Below, in pieces: positions 16,103-27,232 of a DNA stretch of 36,027 nucleotides. The notes beneath the pieces are model-generated. The model was not told where the DNA came from. It worked only from the letters and a program-made list of their open reading frames with translations, and searched no databases. Location: NCBI GenBank assembly GCA_044346055.1, contig JBIIZX010000001.1, positions 1-36,027 on the forward strand, read 5' to 3'. Origin of the DNA: Burkholderiaceae bacterium. GTDB lineage: Bacteria > Pseudomonadota > Gammaproteobacteria > Burkholderiales > Burkholderiaceae_F. How positions within the stretch are numbered: the first letter of the stretch is position 1; every line of letters begins with the position of its first letter. The position numbers were made by a program, and so were the translations under genes.

Positions 16103-16531
16103 TCAAGCCTTTAGCCGCTCGAAGCGCAAGCCTTCAAAGCGATCAAAGTCCCGGTCGAACGAGCCAAGTAATGCGCCGTGCTCAACGGCGAGCGCCGCAA
16201 GATGAGCGTCAGTCGTCATGTTGCCGCCTGCGCCGCTGCGCAGGAGCAAGCGCGCCACGATTGGGCCATGCGCCGAGGTTGGATTGACGAGCGTTGCGCG
16301 AGGCGCCTCGATCCAGGCTTGCACAACTGAGAGCGCGTCGCTGACGGAGAGCGGACGCGCCAGGATGCCGCGCTTGGTACTCAGGCGGATGAAACCGAGC
16401 AGTGCCGCCCAAGCTAGCGCGACGCCGGCGGGTTGATTGAATGCGTCCTCCAGCCACGCGCGGGCGACCGCGTGCTCGACGCAGTCTTCATTCACGGCCG
16501 CGAGCAGGACATTGACGTCCGGTAACTTCAC
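16103..16531 (-). CDS. vapC: Type II toxin, VapC-family PIN-domain ribonuclease
   Basis: MKLPDVNVLLAAV... with PIN acidic residues in LPDVNVL, TTDAHLAALA and SFDRDF. It overlaps the upstream antitoxin ORF by 4 nt. Confidence 0.9.
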   Translation of the reverse strand: MKLPDVNVLLAAVNEDCVEHAVARAWLEDAFNQPAGVALAWAALLGFIRLSTKRGILARPLSVSDALSVVQAWIEAPRATLVNPTSAHGPIVARLLLRSGAGGNMTTDAHLAALAVEHGALLGSFDRDFDRFEGLRFERLKA

Positions 16532-16794
16532 TGCCGAGCCTGCCAGCGCGCGATCACATCGGCATCGCCGATCTCATCGGCAAGCTGATTCGCCTTGGTT
16601 AGATCAACGCGCGGCGCACCGAGCTTGAAAGTGCGCTGCCGAAACGACTGCGGCGCGCTACGCCCCTTGCCCTGGATCCGCAGGCCCTCACGCAAAGCAT
16701 CATTGAGCACCTGCTTGAACGGCGCCCCCTTTTCACGCGCGGCCGCCTTCAGCAGACGCTCGACATCCGGATCAAGAGTGACGGTGGTTCGCAT
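16528..16794 (-). CDS. vapB: Type II antitoxin, VapB-like (ribbon-helix-helix type N-terminus)
   Basis: The 88-aa product MRTTVTLDPDVERLLKAAAREKGAPFKQVLNDALREGL lies immediately upstream of, and is translationally coupled to, vapC. Confidence 0.85.
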   Translation of the reverse strand: MRTTVTLDPDVERLLKAAAREKGAPFKQVLNDALREGLRIQGKGRSAPQSFRQRTFKLGAPRVDLTKANQLADEIGDADVIARWQARQ

Positions 16795-16818
16795 GGCATC
16801 TTGACAGCAATCATCAAG

Positions 16819-16852
16819 GCATCATGATGCTTTGCGCCTAGGCCGGGGTCAA
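16819..16852 (-). promoter_or_regulatory. Putative vapBC promoter with palindromic operator
   Basis: On the minus strand it reads TTGACC (16852-16847), 17 nt, CATCAT (16829-16824). The perfect 12-bp palindrome GCATCATGATGC (16819-16830) covers the -10 region, 25 nt upstream of the vapB ATG. Confidence 0.45.
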
Positions 16853-16975
16853 GCCGAGCATGAAACCGACCAGTACTGCATCGGGTCCCGCAAACGAGCA
16901 GAGTTTGTCGAGTGGCGCCGTAGCGACTGCGGCCGGCTGCCGTATGAGACGCGCGGCGGTTACAGCGCGACTGCT

Positions 16976-17314
16976 TCAGCGAGCCGACTTCTTGTCCCCA
17001 GCATAAGTGGCCGCAATGGCCATCTTTTGCGCAATGGTGTCCGCGAGGTCCTTGGAGTAACCCGCATCAATCAGCCGCCAGCGCACGGAATCACCCAGCC
17101 GGCTGCTCTTGAATAAACCCCAGCCGTGCTTGCGCTTCAGGCCCTTGGCCTCGGCGACCAGCTCGTCGATCGCCCGCTGCACCTGGGTACCCGACGATTT
17201 GCCGTCCTTACCCACCTTCTTTGCAAAGCGATCAGCAAGCGCGATTGCGGCATCATTGACCTCGCCGAGGCCAGCGACACGATTGAACAAGCCAGACAGC
17301 ATGGGCATCGACAC
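16976..17314 (-). CDS. Hypothetical small protein (112 aa)
   Basis: Balanced, K/D/E-containing composition (…FAKKVGKDGKSSGTQVQRAIDELVAEAKGLKRKHGW…), unlike GC-shadow ORFs. No family recognised. Confidence 0.5.
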   Translation of the reverse strand: MSMPMLSGLFNRVAGLGEVNDAAIALADRFAKKVGKDGKSSGTQVQRAIDELVAEAKGLKRKHGWGLFKSSRLGDSVRWRLIDAGYSKDLADTIAQKMAIAATYAGDKKSAR

Positions 17315-17374
17315 TCAACAAGCGATGCGAGAAGTGTATCCGCGCGACAGCGCACCAAATGGGGTGAATTGACC

Positions 17375-20154
<2,780 letters not shown>

Positions 20155-20156
20155 CC

Positions 20157-20735
20157 ATGACTGCCGAGGTGCATCCAACCGCCATCGTCGATACCGGCGC
20201 CCATATTGGCGACGGCACGCGCATCTGGCATTGGGTCCACGTTTGCAGCGGTGCGCGTATCGGCAGCAACTGCTCGCTGGGGCAGAACGTGTTCGTTGGA
20301 AACCGCGTGGTGATTGGCAATGACGTTCGCGTTCAGAACAACGTCAGTGTTTATGACGGCGTCACGCTCGAGGACGGTGTCTTCTGCGGACCAAGCATGG
20401 TGTTCACCAACGTCATCAACCCGCGCGCGGAAGTGCAGCGCAAAGACGAATTCAAGCCCACGCTGGTCAAGCGCGGCGCCACGCTGGGCGCCAACAGCAC
20501 GATTGTGTGCGGCGTCACAGTTGGCAGTTACGCCTTTGTCGGCGCCGGCGCAGTGGTCACCCGCAATGTGCCCGCCTATGCGCTTGTGATCGGAACACCG
20601 GCTCGGCTGTCAGGCTGGATGAGCCGCAGTGGCGAGAAGCTTCCCCTGCCCGTCGAGGGCAGCGGCACAGCCACCTGCCCGCGCACCGGCGAGCGCTACC
20701 GCCTGCACGCTGGCGCCTGCAGCCTGGTGGAGTGA
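20157..20735 (+). CDS. wbpD: WbpD/WlbB-like left-handed beta-helix N-acetyltransferase
   Basis: Hexapeptide-repeat protein ([53 protein letters not shown]...) located between wbpB-like and wbpE-like genes. Confidence 0.8.
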   Translation: MTAEVHPTAIVDTGAHIGDGTRIWHWVHVCSGARIGSNCSLGQNVFVGNRVVIGNDVRVQNNVSVYDGVTLEDGVFCGPSMVFTNVINPRAEVQRKDEFKPTLVKRGATLGANSTIVCGVTVGSYAFVGAGAVVTRNVPAYALVIGTPARLSGWMSRSGEKLPLPVEGSGTATCPRTGERYRLHAGACSLVE

Positions 20736-20736
20736 G

Positions 20737-21885
20737 ATGCGCATGGAGTTCGTAGACCTCAAGGCCCAGTACCGTGCTCTAAAGCAGGAAATCGACGGCC
20801 GCATTCACCGCGTGCTCGACCATGGGCAGTACATCATGGGGCCGGAAGTGCAGGAGCTTGAGGAAGCGCTCGCCGCTCGCACCGGTGCGCGCCATTGCAT
20901 CACCTGTGCGTCCGGTACCGAGGCGCTGCTGATGAGCCTCATGGCGCTGGACATCAAGCTCGGAGACGAGGTCATCACCACCGCGTTCACGTTCGCCGCG
21001 ACTGCCGAGATGATCGTGCTCCTGGGCGCGCGCCCGGTCTTTGTCGACATCGAGCCCGACACCTGCCTGATCGACGCAACGAAGATCGAAGTGGCGATCA
21101 CCGAGCGGACGCGGGCCATCATGCCCGTGAGCCTGTACGGCCAGCCGTGCGACATGGACGCGATCAATGCAATCGCCGCCCGGCACGGCGGAATTGCGGT
21201 GATCGAAGACGCGGCGCAGAGCTTTGGCGCCACCTACCGCGGCAGCTCTGGCGTCGAGCGCCACAGCTGCAACCTCTCGACGATCGGCTGCACCAGTTTC
21301 TTTCCCAGCAAACCGCTTGGCTGCTATGGCGACGGCGGCGCCATATTCACGAACGACGACGAGATCGCCAAGGCACTGCGTGAGATCCGGGTCCACGGCC
21401 AAGACGGGCGCTACCACCATGTGCGGGTAGGTGTTGGTGGGCGGATGGACACGATCCAGTGTGCCGTCGTTTTGGCAAAGCTACAGCGCTTCGCCTGGGA
21501 GATCGCTCGCCGGCAGGAGATTGCGCAACGCTATCTTTCGTTGCTTCGTGACGCAGCTGGCATCCGCCTTCCCTCAGTCCGGCATGACCGCAGCGGCGCC
21601 TGGGCACAGTTCACGGTCCAACTGAAAGACCGAGAGACGGTACAGCGGCGCCTCAACGAGCGCGGCGTCCCGACTGCCGTCCACTATCCGCACCCCCTAA
21701 ACGAGCAGCCCGCTTACGAAGGGTTGTGCTGTCGAGAGTGCACTCCAGAGAGCAGCAAAGCCGCTGCAAGGGTGCTGAGTCTGCCGATCAGCGCGGACCT
21801 GAGTGAAGAAGACCATTACACCGTCATGTCAGCGCTACGGAATCTCTGCAAAACCCGTCCACCTATAGGCGGGTTGAATCGTTGA
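20737..21885 (+). CDS. wbpE: WbpE/WlbC-like DegT/DnrJ/EryC1 PLP aminotransferase (3' end replaced by IS sequence)
   Basis: Start ATG at 20737 (or 20743), directly after the wbpD stop. MEFVDLKAQYRALKQEIDGRIHRVLDHGQYIMGPEV...SFFPSKPLGCYGDGGAIFTND contains the PLP lysine context. The last 15 codons (21838-21882) plus the stop lie inside the IS element. Confidence 0.85.
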   Translation: MRMEFVDLKAQYRALKQEIDGRIHRVLDHGQYIMGPEVQELEEALAARTGARHCITCASGTEALLMSLMALDIKLGDEVITTAFTFAATAEMIVLLGARPVFVDIEPDTCLIDATKIEVAITERTRAIMPVSLYGQPCDMDAINAIAARHGGIAVIEDAAQSFGATYRGSSGVERHSCNLSTIGCTSFFPSKPLGCYGDGGAIFTNDDEIAKALREIRVHGQDGRYHHVRVGVGGRMDTIQCAVVLAKLQRFAWEIARRQEIAQRYLSLLRDAAGIRLPSVRHDRSGAWAQFTVQLKDRETVQRRLNERGVPTAVHYPHPLNEQPAYEGLCCRECTPESSKAAARVLSLPISADLSEEDHYTVMSALRNLCKTRPPIGGLNR

Positions 21886-23051
21886 GTTGAGCACAATGAC
21901 GACAGCGGAGCCGCAGCGATGAAGCAAGCCGATTTGGGTCTTGATCTGAGTGCCAAGCGCACGCGCAAGCGCGAGTTTCTCGACGAGATGGAACGCGTCG
22001 TGCCCTGGGACAGACTCGTTTCCCTGATCGAGCCCCACTACGGCACCAAGGGCAAATCCAGCGGCGTTGGCCGGCCGCCGTTCGAGCTGCAGACCATGCT
22101 GCGCATCCACTTCCTGCAGCAGTGGTTCGCGCTGAGCGACCCCGCCATGGAAGAGGCCCTGTTCGATGTGCCCCTGTTTCGCGAATTCGCCCAGCTGCCC
22201 ACGGGTGTCACCCGCCTGCCCGACGAGAGCACCATCCTTCGGTTTCGCCATCTGCTGGAGAAGCACGGCCTGGCCGCCCAGATGCTCAGCACGGTCAACG
22301 ACGTCTTGCGCGTCAAGGGCCTGCTGCTGAAGGCCGGCACCGTGGTCGATGCCACCCTGATCGCCGCGCCCAGTTCGACCAAGAACAGCACTGGCGAGCG
22401 CGATCCAGAAATGCATCAGACCAAGAAGGGCAACCAGTGGCACTTCGGGATGAAAGCGCATATCGGTGCCGACCGCGACTCCGGTCTGGTGCATACGGTC
22501 GTGGGCACCGCCGCCAACGTGGCCGATGTGACGGTGGGCCACGCCCTGCTGCATGGCAAGGAGGAGCACGTCTTTGCCGATGCCGGCTACCGGGGCGTGG
22601 CCAAGCGGCCCGAGGCCAAAGGCAAGGCGCAGTGGCATGTTGCGCTGAAGGCCGGTGAGCGCAAGCGCTGGAAGACGGAGCCGCGTATCGGCAAGTGGAT
22701 CGAACGTGCGGAGAAGTTCAAGGCCAGCGTGCGGGCCAAGGTAGAGCACCCGTTCCGGGTGATCAAGCTGCAGTTCGGGTATCGCAAAGTGCGCTACCGG
22801 GGGCTGGCGAAGAACACGGCGCAGTTGCACACGTTGTTCGCACTGTCAAACCTGTGGATGGCGCGCGGCAAGTTGCTGGCGATGGCGACATGACATCGAC
22901 CGGAATGCACCGCGGCGCTGACGCGCGGGGCCAAAACGCAGCGGCAAGCGGGCTGCAACAGCCCTCAAGTGCGACCGCGCGCAGCAACGGGCGACGCTCT
23001 CAGCGTTCATGAGCTTGGCACACCGTTCCAAAGCGGTTCTTCAGACAATCC
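21838..23051 (+). mobile_element. IS5-family insertion sequence (~1.2 kb)
   Basis: Imperfect terminal inverted repeats: ggaatctctgcaaaacc (21839-21855) against the reverse complement of ggttcttcagacaatcc (23035-23051), 13 of 17 by hand. CTA lies on both flanks (21835-21837 and 23052-23054). It carries a single transposase ORF. The exact ends are uncertain by 1-2 bp. Confidence 0.8.
21919..22893 (+). CDS. IS5-family (IS5 group) DDE transposase
   Basis: 324 aa: MKQADLGLDLSAKRTRKREFLDEMERVVPW...FELQTMLRIHFLQQWFALSDPAMEEAL...DATLIAAPSSTKN...WHFGMKAHIG.D...HGKE..VFADAGY.G...KVEHPFRVIK.QFGY.KVRYRGL.KN. These are classic IS5/IS4-superfamily blocks. Confidence 0.95.
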   Translation: MKQADLGLDLSAKRTRKREFLDEMERVVPWDRLVSLIEPHYGTKGKSSGVGRPPFELQTMLRIHFLQQWFALSDPAMEEALFDVPLFREFAQLPTGVTRLPDESTILRFRHLLEKHGLAAQMLSTVNDVLRVKGLLLKAGTVVDATLIAAPSSTKNSTGERDPEMHQTKKGNQWHFGMKAHIGADRDSGLVHTVVGTAANVADVTVGHALLHGKEEHVFADAGYRGVAKRPEAKGKAQWHVALKAGERKRWKTEPRIGKWIERAEKFKASVRAKVEHPFRVIKLQFGYRKVRYRGLAKNTAQLHTLFALSNLWMARGKLLAMAT

Positions 23052-23163
23052 CTAGGCGTGTCATGAGACTAGACATTTCAGCGTCGACGCTGATTCATCA
23101 GCATGCCAATACACGCCTTTTCGAAGTACAAACAAAAATTGCAGGCTCTTAGAGTGGCGCACC

Positions 23164-24267
23164 ATGGCCAATTCAAAGCTCATTCGCGTACTGACGATTG
23201 TCGGCGCCCGCCCGCAATTCATTAAGGCAGCGGCAATCTCTAGAGTCATACGGCTCCGGAGCGATCTTGGCATCAGCGAAACGCTGATCCATACCGGTCA
23301 ACATCACGACAAGGAAATGTCGCAGGTCTTCTTCGACGAGCTGGAAATTCCTCGGCCAAAGTACAACTTGGGTGTCAATGGCGGATCCCACGGGGAAATG
23401 ACAGGGCGAATGTTGCAGGCGATTGAGGTGGCCATATTGAACGAGCGACCGCAGTGTGTCCTGGTGTACGGCGACACAAATTCCACCCTCGCTGGCGCGC
23501 TTGCCGCTGCAAAGTTACGGATACCTGTAGCGCACGTAGAAGCGGGACTGCGCTCGTTCAACCGCGGCATGCCAGAGGAAGTCAACAGGGTGGTCACCGA
23601 TACGCTCTCGACGTTTCTCTTTTGCCCGTCAAACCTTGCCGTTGCTAACCTCCGATCTGAGGGAATCACCAGAGGCGTGCATTTCACCGGCGACGTCATG
23701 TTTGATGCGGTGCTGCATTGCCTTGCCCAAGACGCGATCGACGAAGAGGCTGCAGAAGGTAGACCTCAAGTCCTGGTTACGTGTCACCGCGCCGAGAACA
23801 CGGATGACGTGACCAAGCTCGAACAGATTTTCCAGGCGGTCTCAGCGCTAGCGCGCCACTACAGGATCATCTTTCCGCTGCACCCACGCACAAGGAAGGC
23901 AGCCGAAACGTCCGGCTTGCTAGCGCTGATTCACGAATGTGAAGTGACCAACCCACTTCCGTATGCAGCGATGTTGAGAGCGCAGCAGAGGGCTGCGGTT
24001 GTTCTCACTGACTCCGGGGGGATGCAGAAGGAAGCGTTCTTCGTCGGGACACCGTGCGTGACGGTGCGGGACGAGACAGAATGGCCGGAGACAATTGAAG
24101 CGGGGATGAACGTTTTGGTGCCCACTCACGCACAGGCGATCGTGGACGCTGTGAGACTAGCTGCTGGCGCCAAGAAAGGGATGTCGAGGTCGCCTGACCT
24201 AGCTCCGTATGGCGACGCCGGCAGTTCGCACAGGATTGCTGAAGTGCTGTCTCAAGCATTCCGCTGA
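23164..24267 (+). CDS. wecB: UDP-N-acetylglucosamine-type 2-epimerase (non-hydrolysing; WecB/WbpI/WlbD-like)
   Basis: VLTIVGARPQFIKAAAISRVI...HTGQHHDKEMSQVFFDELEIP...VLVYGDTNSTLAGALAAAKLRIPVAHVEAGLRSFNRGMPEEVNR. These are epimerase_2 family motifs. Confidence 0.9.
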   Translation: MANSKLIRVLTIVGARPQFIKAAAISRVIRLRSDLGISETLIHTGQHHDKEMSQVFFDELEIPRPKYNLGVNGGSHGEMTGRMLQAIEVAILNERPQCVLVYGDTNSTLAGALAAAKLRIPVAHVEAGLRSFNRGMPEEVNRVVTDTLSTFLFCPSNLAVANLRSEGITRGVHFTGDVMFDAVLHCLAQDAIDEEAAEGRPQVLVTCHRAENTDDVTKLEQIFQAVSALARHYRIIFPLHPRTRKAAETSGLLALIHECEVTNPLPYAAMLRAQQRAAVVLTDSGGMQKEAFFVGTPCVTVRDETEWPETIEAGMNVLVPTHAQAIVDAVRLAAGAKKGMSRSPDLAPYGDAGSSHRIAEVLSQAFR

Positions 24268-24281
24268 AGAGAGCAAAGGCA

Positions 24282-26015
24282 GTGCAGAACGTAGAACAGC
24301 GATGGCTCGCCGACTTCTTTGGCCTTGCGCGGTGGTACCCGCGCGAGGCGTTTGCCGCCATCGCCCTTACTTCTGCGGCAGCACTCCTCGAGGGCCTCGG
24401 CATTGCGGCCTTGATCCCTGTCCTTCAGAGTTCGCTGTCTTCGGCAATCGATCTCCCGGCACCACTACGACTCGTTCTGCCAGCGGACAAAACCCAGTGG
24501 ATGCCAGTTGGCATAGCACTGTTCCTATTGCTGGCAACTGCCGCGCTCGCGGCCCGACTCTTCGCTGAGTTAGCGTTGCTCAGCCTGCGAGCGCGAATCG
24601 AAGAGAGGGCACGGATCACGATGACGGGCGCAATACTCCAAATGCGCTGGTCGGCGTATGTCTCTCTTCGCCTCGGCGACTTGACGCAAGCCCAGTTCAA
24701 CGAAGGTCTGCAGATGGGGTATGGAGCGCAGCTCCTGGTTCAGGCGACCGGCGCAGCCCTGGCATGTCTCGCATACATCGTGGTCGCCATTTCAATATCG
24801 CCAGAGTTCACTGCCTACACGCTGATCTTCGGATTACTCGTTGGTATGAGTTACGCGGTTGTAGGTCGCTGGGTACGAAGCGTGTCAGCACAACTCAGCA
24901 GTCTTGCGGTCACTCTAGGCGAGCGCGTTACGGAGTATTTCTCATCCGTGAAGTACATCAAGGCGAGCGGGCTTACAGCGGAAATACGTAGAGAAGCGCG
25001 CGAACTGTATGCTGATTGGCGCAACGCGTACATCAGAACGCAGACAGCGAACTATCTTCTCCGCCACGGGTTCGAGTTCGTTGGATTGGTGTTCATCGCC
25101 ACATTTCTGTTCATATCCAGCAACGAAGGCAAGCTATCGACGGCCGCAGCACTGGTCTTTCTCGGAATTTTCTATCGACTTGCGCCGCGCCTGCTCGCCG
25201 TGCAGGAGAGCATTCATCAGTGCCGTCTTTGCCATCCTTGGTATCTTGCTTGGGCAGCGAGACTTCATGCGGCAGAGACAAGTCGGGACACTACCGAAGG
25301 AGCTGCAGTTCCCGTACTCGACTGCCAGCTGATCTTCCGCAACGTTGCCTTCTCTTACGGAGGCGACCGCCAGCCGGCACTGTCATCGGCCAATTTCAGC
25401 ATCACCAAGCACACCACAACCGCGGTTGTCGGGCCATCTGGTGGGGGCAAGACGACCGTCATCGATCTGCTTACAGGAGTCTTGCAACCAACGAACGGAG
25501 AAGTTTTGGTAGATGGCGTAGCTCTCCGGGACATCGATCTGCAGAGGTGGCGCGAGATGATTGGGTTGGTCTTGCAGGAGCCGCATCTCCTTCATGAATC
25601 GCTCTTTGCCAACATCACTTGGGGCGACACCTCGCCCAACGAGGAGCGCGCTAGGGCAGCGGCGATTGAAGCCGGCCTTGGCGACTTGATACGCGACCTC
25701 CCTGCCGGGCTCGCAACATCGGTAGGAGAGCGTGGCGCTCGCCTTTCGGGAGGACAGCGGCAGCGGCTCGCCATCGCACGTGCTCTGTATCGCAAGCCAC
25801 AGATTCTTATCCTTGACGAGCCGACCAGTTCCCTGGATTCAGAAGCCGAGCAGGAAGTGCTGGCAACGCTTCGAAGCCTGTCCGGCAAGCTGACGATCAT
25901 TATCGTGACACACAGCTTACAAGTGGCTTCCATATGCGATAGAAGGATTCAAGTGGCGGCGGGCGTCGCCGGACAGGATATCGGCAGCCAGATTGATGCA
26001 GCTTCGAAAGCATGA
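24282..26015 (+). CDS. Fused TMD-NBD ABC exporter (MsbA/PglK-like)
   Basis: The N-terminus has about 6 TM segments. The C-terminus has Walker A GPSGGGKTT, signature LSGGQRQRLAIARAL and Walker B ILILDEPTSSLD. The GTG start at 24282 is uncertain. Confidence 0.85.
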   Translation: MQNVEQRWLADFFGLARWYPREAFAAIALTSAAALLEGLGIAALIPVLQSSLSSAIDLPAPLRLVLPADKTQWMPVGIALFLLLATAALAARLFAELALLSLRARIEERARITMTGAILQMRWSAYVSLRLGDLTQAQFNEGLQMGYGAQLLVQATGAALACLAYIVVAISISPEFTAYTLIFGLLVGMSYAVVGRWVRSVSAQLSSLAVTLGERVTEYFSSVKYIKASGLTAEIRREARELYADWRNAYIRTQTANYLLRHGFEFVGLVFIATFLFISSNEGKLSTAAALVFLGIFYRLAPRLLAVQESIHQCRLCHPWYLAWAARLHAAETSRDTTEGAAVPVLDCQLIFRNVAFSYGGDRQPALSSANFSITKHTTTAVVGPSGGGKTTVIDLLTGVLQPTNGEVLVDGVALRDIDLQRWREMIGLVLQEPHLLHESLFANITWGDTSPNEERARAAAIEAGLGDLIRDLPAGLATSVGERGARLSGGQRQRLAIARALYRKPQILILDEPTSSLDSEAEQEVLATLRSLSGKLTIIIVTHSLQVASICDRRIQVAAGVAGQDIGSQIDAASKA

Positions 26016-27232
26016 GTGCTAGATTTCAGAAGAGAGATTTCCCCCCCAAGATGGAACGCAAGAAAATACTCGTCATCTCGTTCTCTCCAATCGGCCGAGA
26101 TCCCCGAGTCACCCGACAGCTGAGTCTGCTAGCGAGGGACTTTGACGTATCGGTATCCGGCTACTCGCCGGAGCCGGCGGATTCAGTTCGATTTATCGAG
26201 TTGAATCGTCCAGCACTCAACCGAGCCATGCGCCTCACTTGGGAGATGCTGCTCCTTACGGGGAGGTTTGAGCAGTACTACTGGAACCGTCCGGAGATCA
26301 AGCAGGGCCTGGACATGCTCTCCGGCCTGCGCTTCGATCTAGTCGTCGCTAATGACATTTCCGCCCTTCCTCTAGCGCTTCATGTGGCGAAGGGCCGTCC
26401 TGTTCTGCTTGACACACACGAGTATTCGCCGGAAGAGTTCGCCGACTCCTTCCTGTGGAGGGTTCGATTCGGTCGCTACAACCGCTACCTTTGCATTCAG
26501 TACATGCATAGGGCATCTGCGACCATGACGGTCTGCAACGGCGTTGCAGACGAGTACCACAGGAGCGTTGGCATCCGCCCGTTGGTGATGGAGAACGCAG
26601 CGCCCTTTCAACGCCTCAGTCCGTCGCCTTCGCAACCTGGGCTGATCAAAATGATTCATCACGGAGGGGCGAGCAGGGCACGGCACCTCGACCTGATGAT
26701 CGATATCGTGAAACGACTTGATGCGAGGTTCTCGCTCGATTTCATGCTCGTTCCGGGCGACACGACTTACATCAGCGAGCTGAAGAGGCGCGCAAGTACC
26801 TGCGATCGAATTCAATTCGTCGATCCAGTTCCAATGCCGCTGATCTGCATGGCGACCAATAAGTACGATCTAGGTTTGTACTTGCTGCTGCCTACAAACA
26901 AGAACCACCGCTTCGCCCTTCCGAACAAGCTTTTCGAGTTCGTCCAAGCGCGACTCGGAGTTGCGATCGGACCGTCGCCTGAAATGGCAGGTATCGTGCG
27001 GCAGTACAAGCTCGGTGTCGTATCCGAATCATTTGACACGGCAGCTATGGCAGCTAGCCTGAATGCATTGACCGACGTTGACATCACCCGCTTCAAGCAG
27101 GCTTCCCACGCAGCTGCGCAGGAGCTCTCCTTCGAGGCTCGGTCGAATCGAATGCTTGAGCTTGTCGAACGCTTGCTGTCACACGAGACACCGTCGAGGC
27201 CGGCGGCCCTGCATGCGGCAACTCTCTCATAA
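26012..27232 (+). CDS. Glycosyltransferase (GT-B fold, group 1-like)
   Basis: ATGA overlap with the ABC gene. KKILVISFSPIGRDPRVTRQ... at the N-terminus and ...ALPNKLFEFVQARLGVAIGPSPEMAGIV... (E-x7-E-like region) at the C-terminus. An alternative start is at 26051. Confidence 0.6.
   Translation: MSARFQKRDFPPKMERKKILVISFSPIGRDPRVTRQLSLLARDFDVSVSGYSPEPADSVRFIELNRPALNRAMRLTWEMLLLTGRFEQYYWNRPEIKQGLDMLSGLRFDLVVANDISALPLALHVAKGRPVLLDTHEYSPEEFADSFLWRVRFGRYNRYLCIQYMHRASATMTVCNGVADEYHRSVGIRPLVMENAAPFQRLSPSPSQPGLIKMIHHGGASRARHLDLMIDIVKRLDARFSLDFMLVPGDTTYISELKRRASTCDRIQFVDPVPMPLICMATNKYDLGLYLLLPTNKNHRFALPNKLFEFVQARLGVAIGPSPEMAGIVRQYKLGVVSESFDTAAMAASLNALTDVDITRFKQASHAAAQELSFEARSNRMLELVERLLSHETPSRPAALHAATLS

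Noticed and set aside
17126-17374. Upstream part of track ORF 17126..19099
   Set aside because: It overlaps the better-looking opposite-strand 112-aa ORF, and its translation (…HLGTRRFAVLTHLLCKAISKRDCG…) does not look like part of the TPR protein. The start was moved to GTG 17375 or TTG 17369.
21835-22830. 331-aa minus-strand ORF inside the IS element
   Set aside because: It lies antisense to a complete IS5-type transposase with all conserved blocks. The antisense translation has no recognisable motifs.
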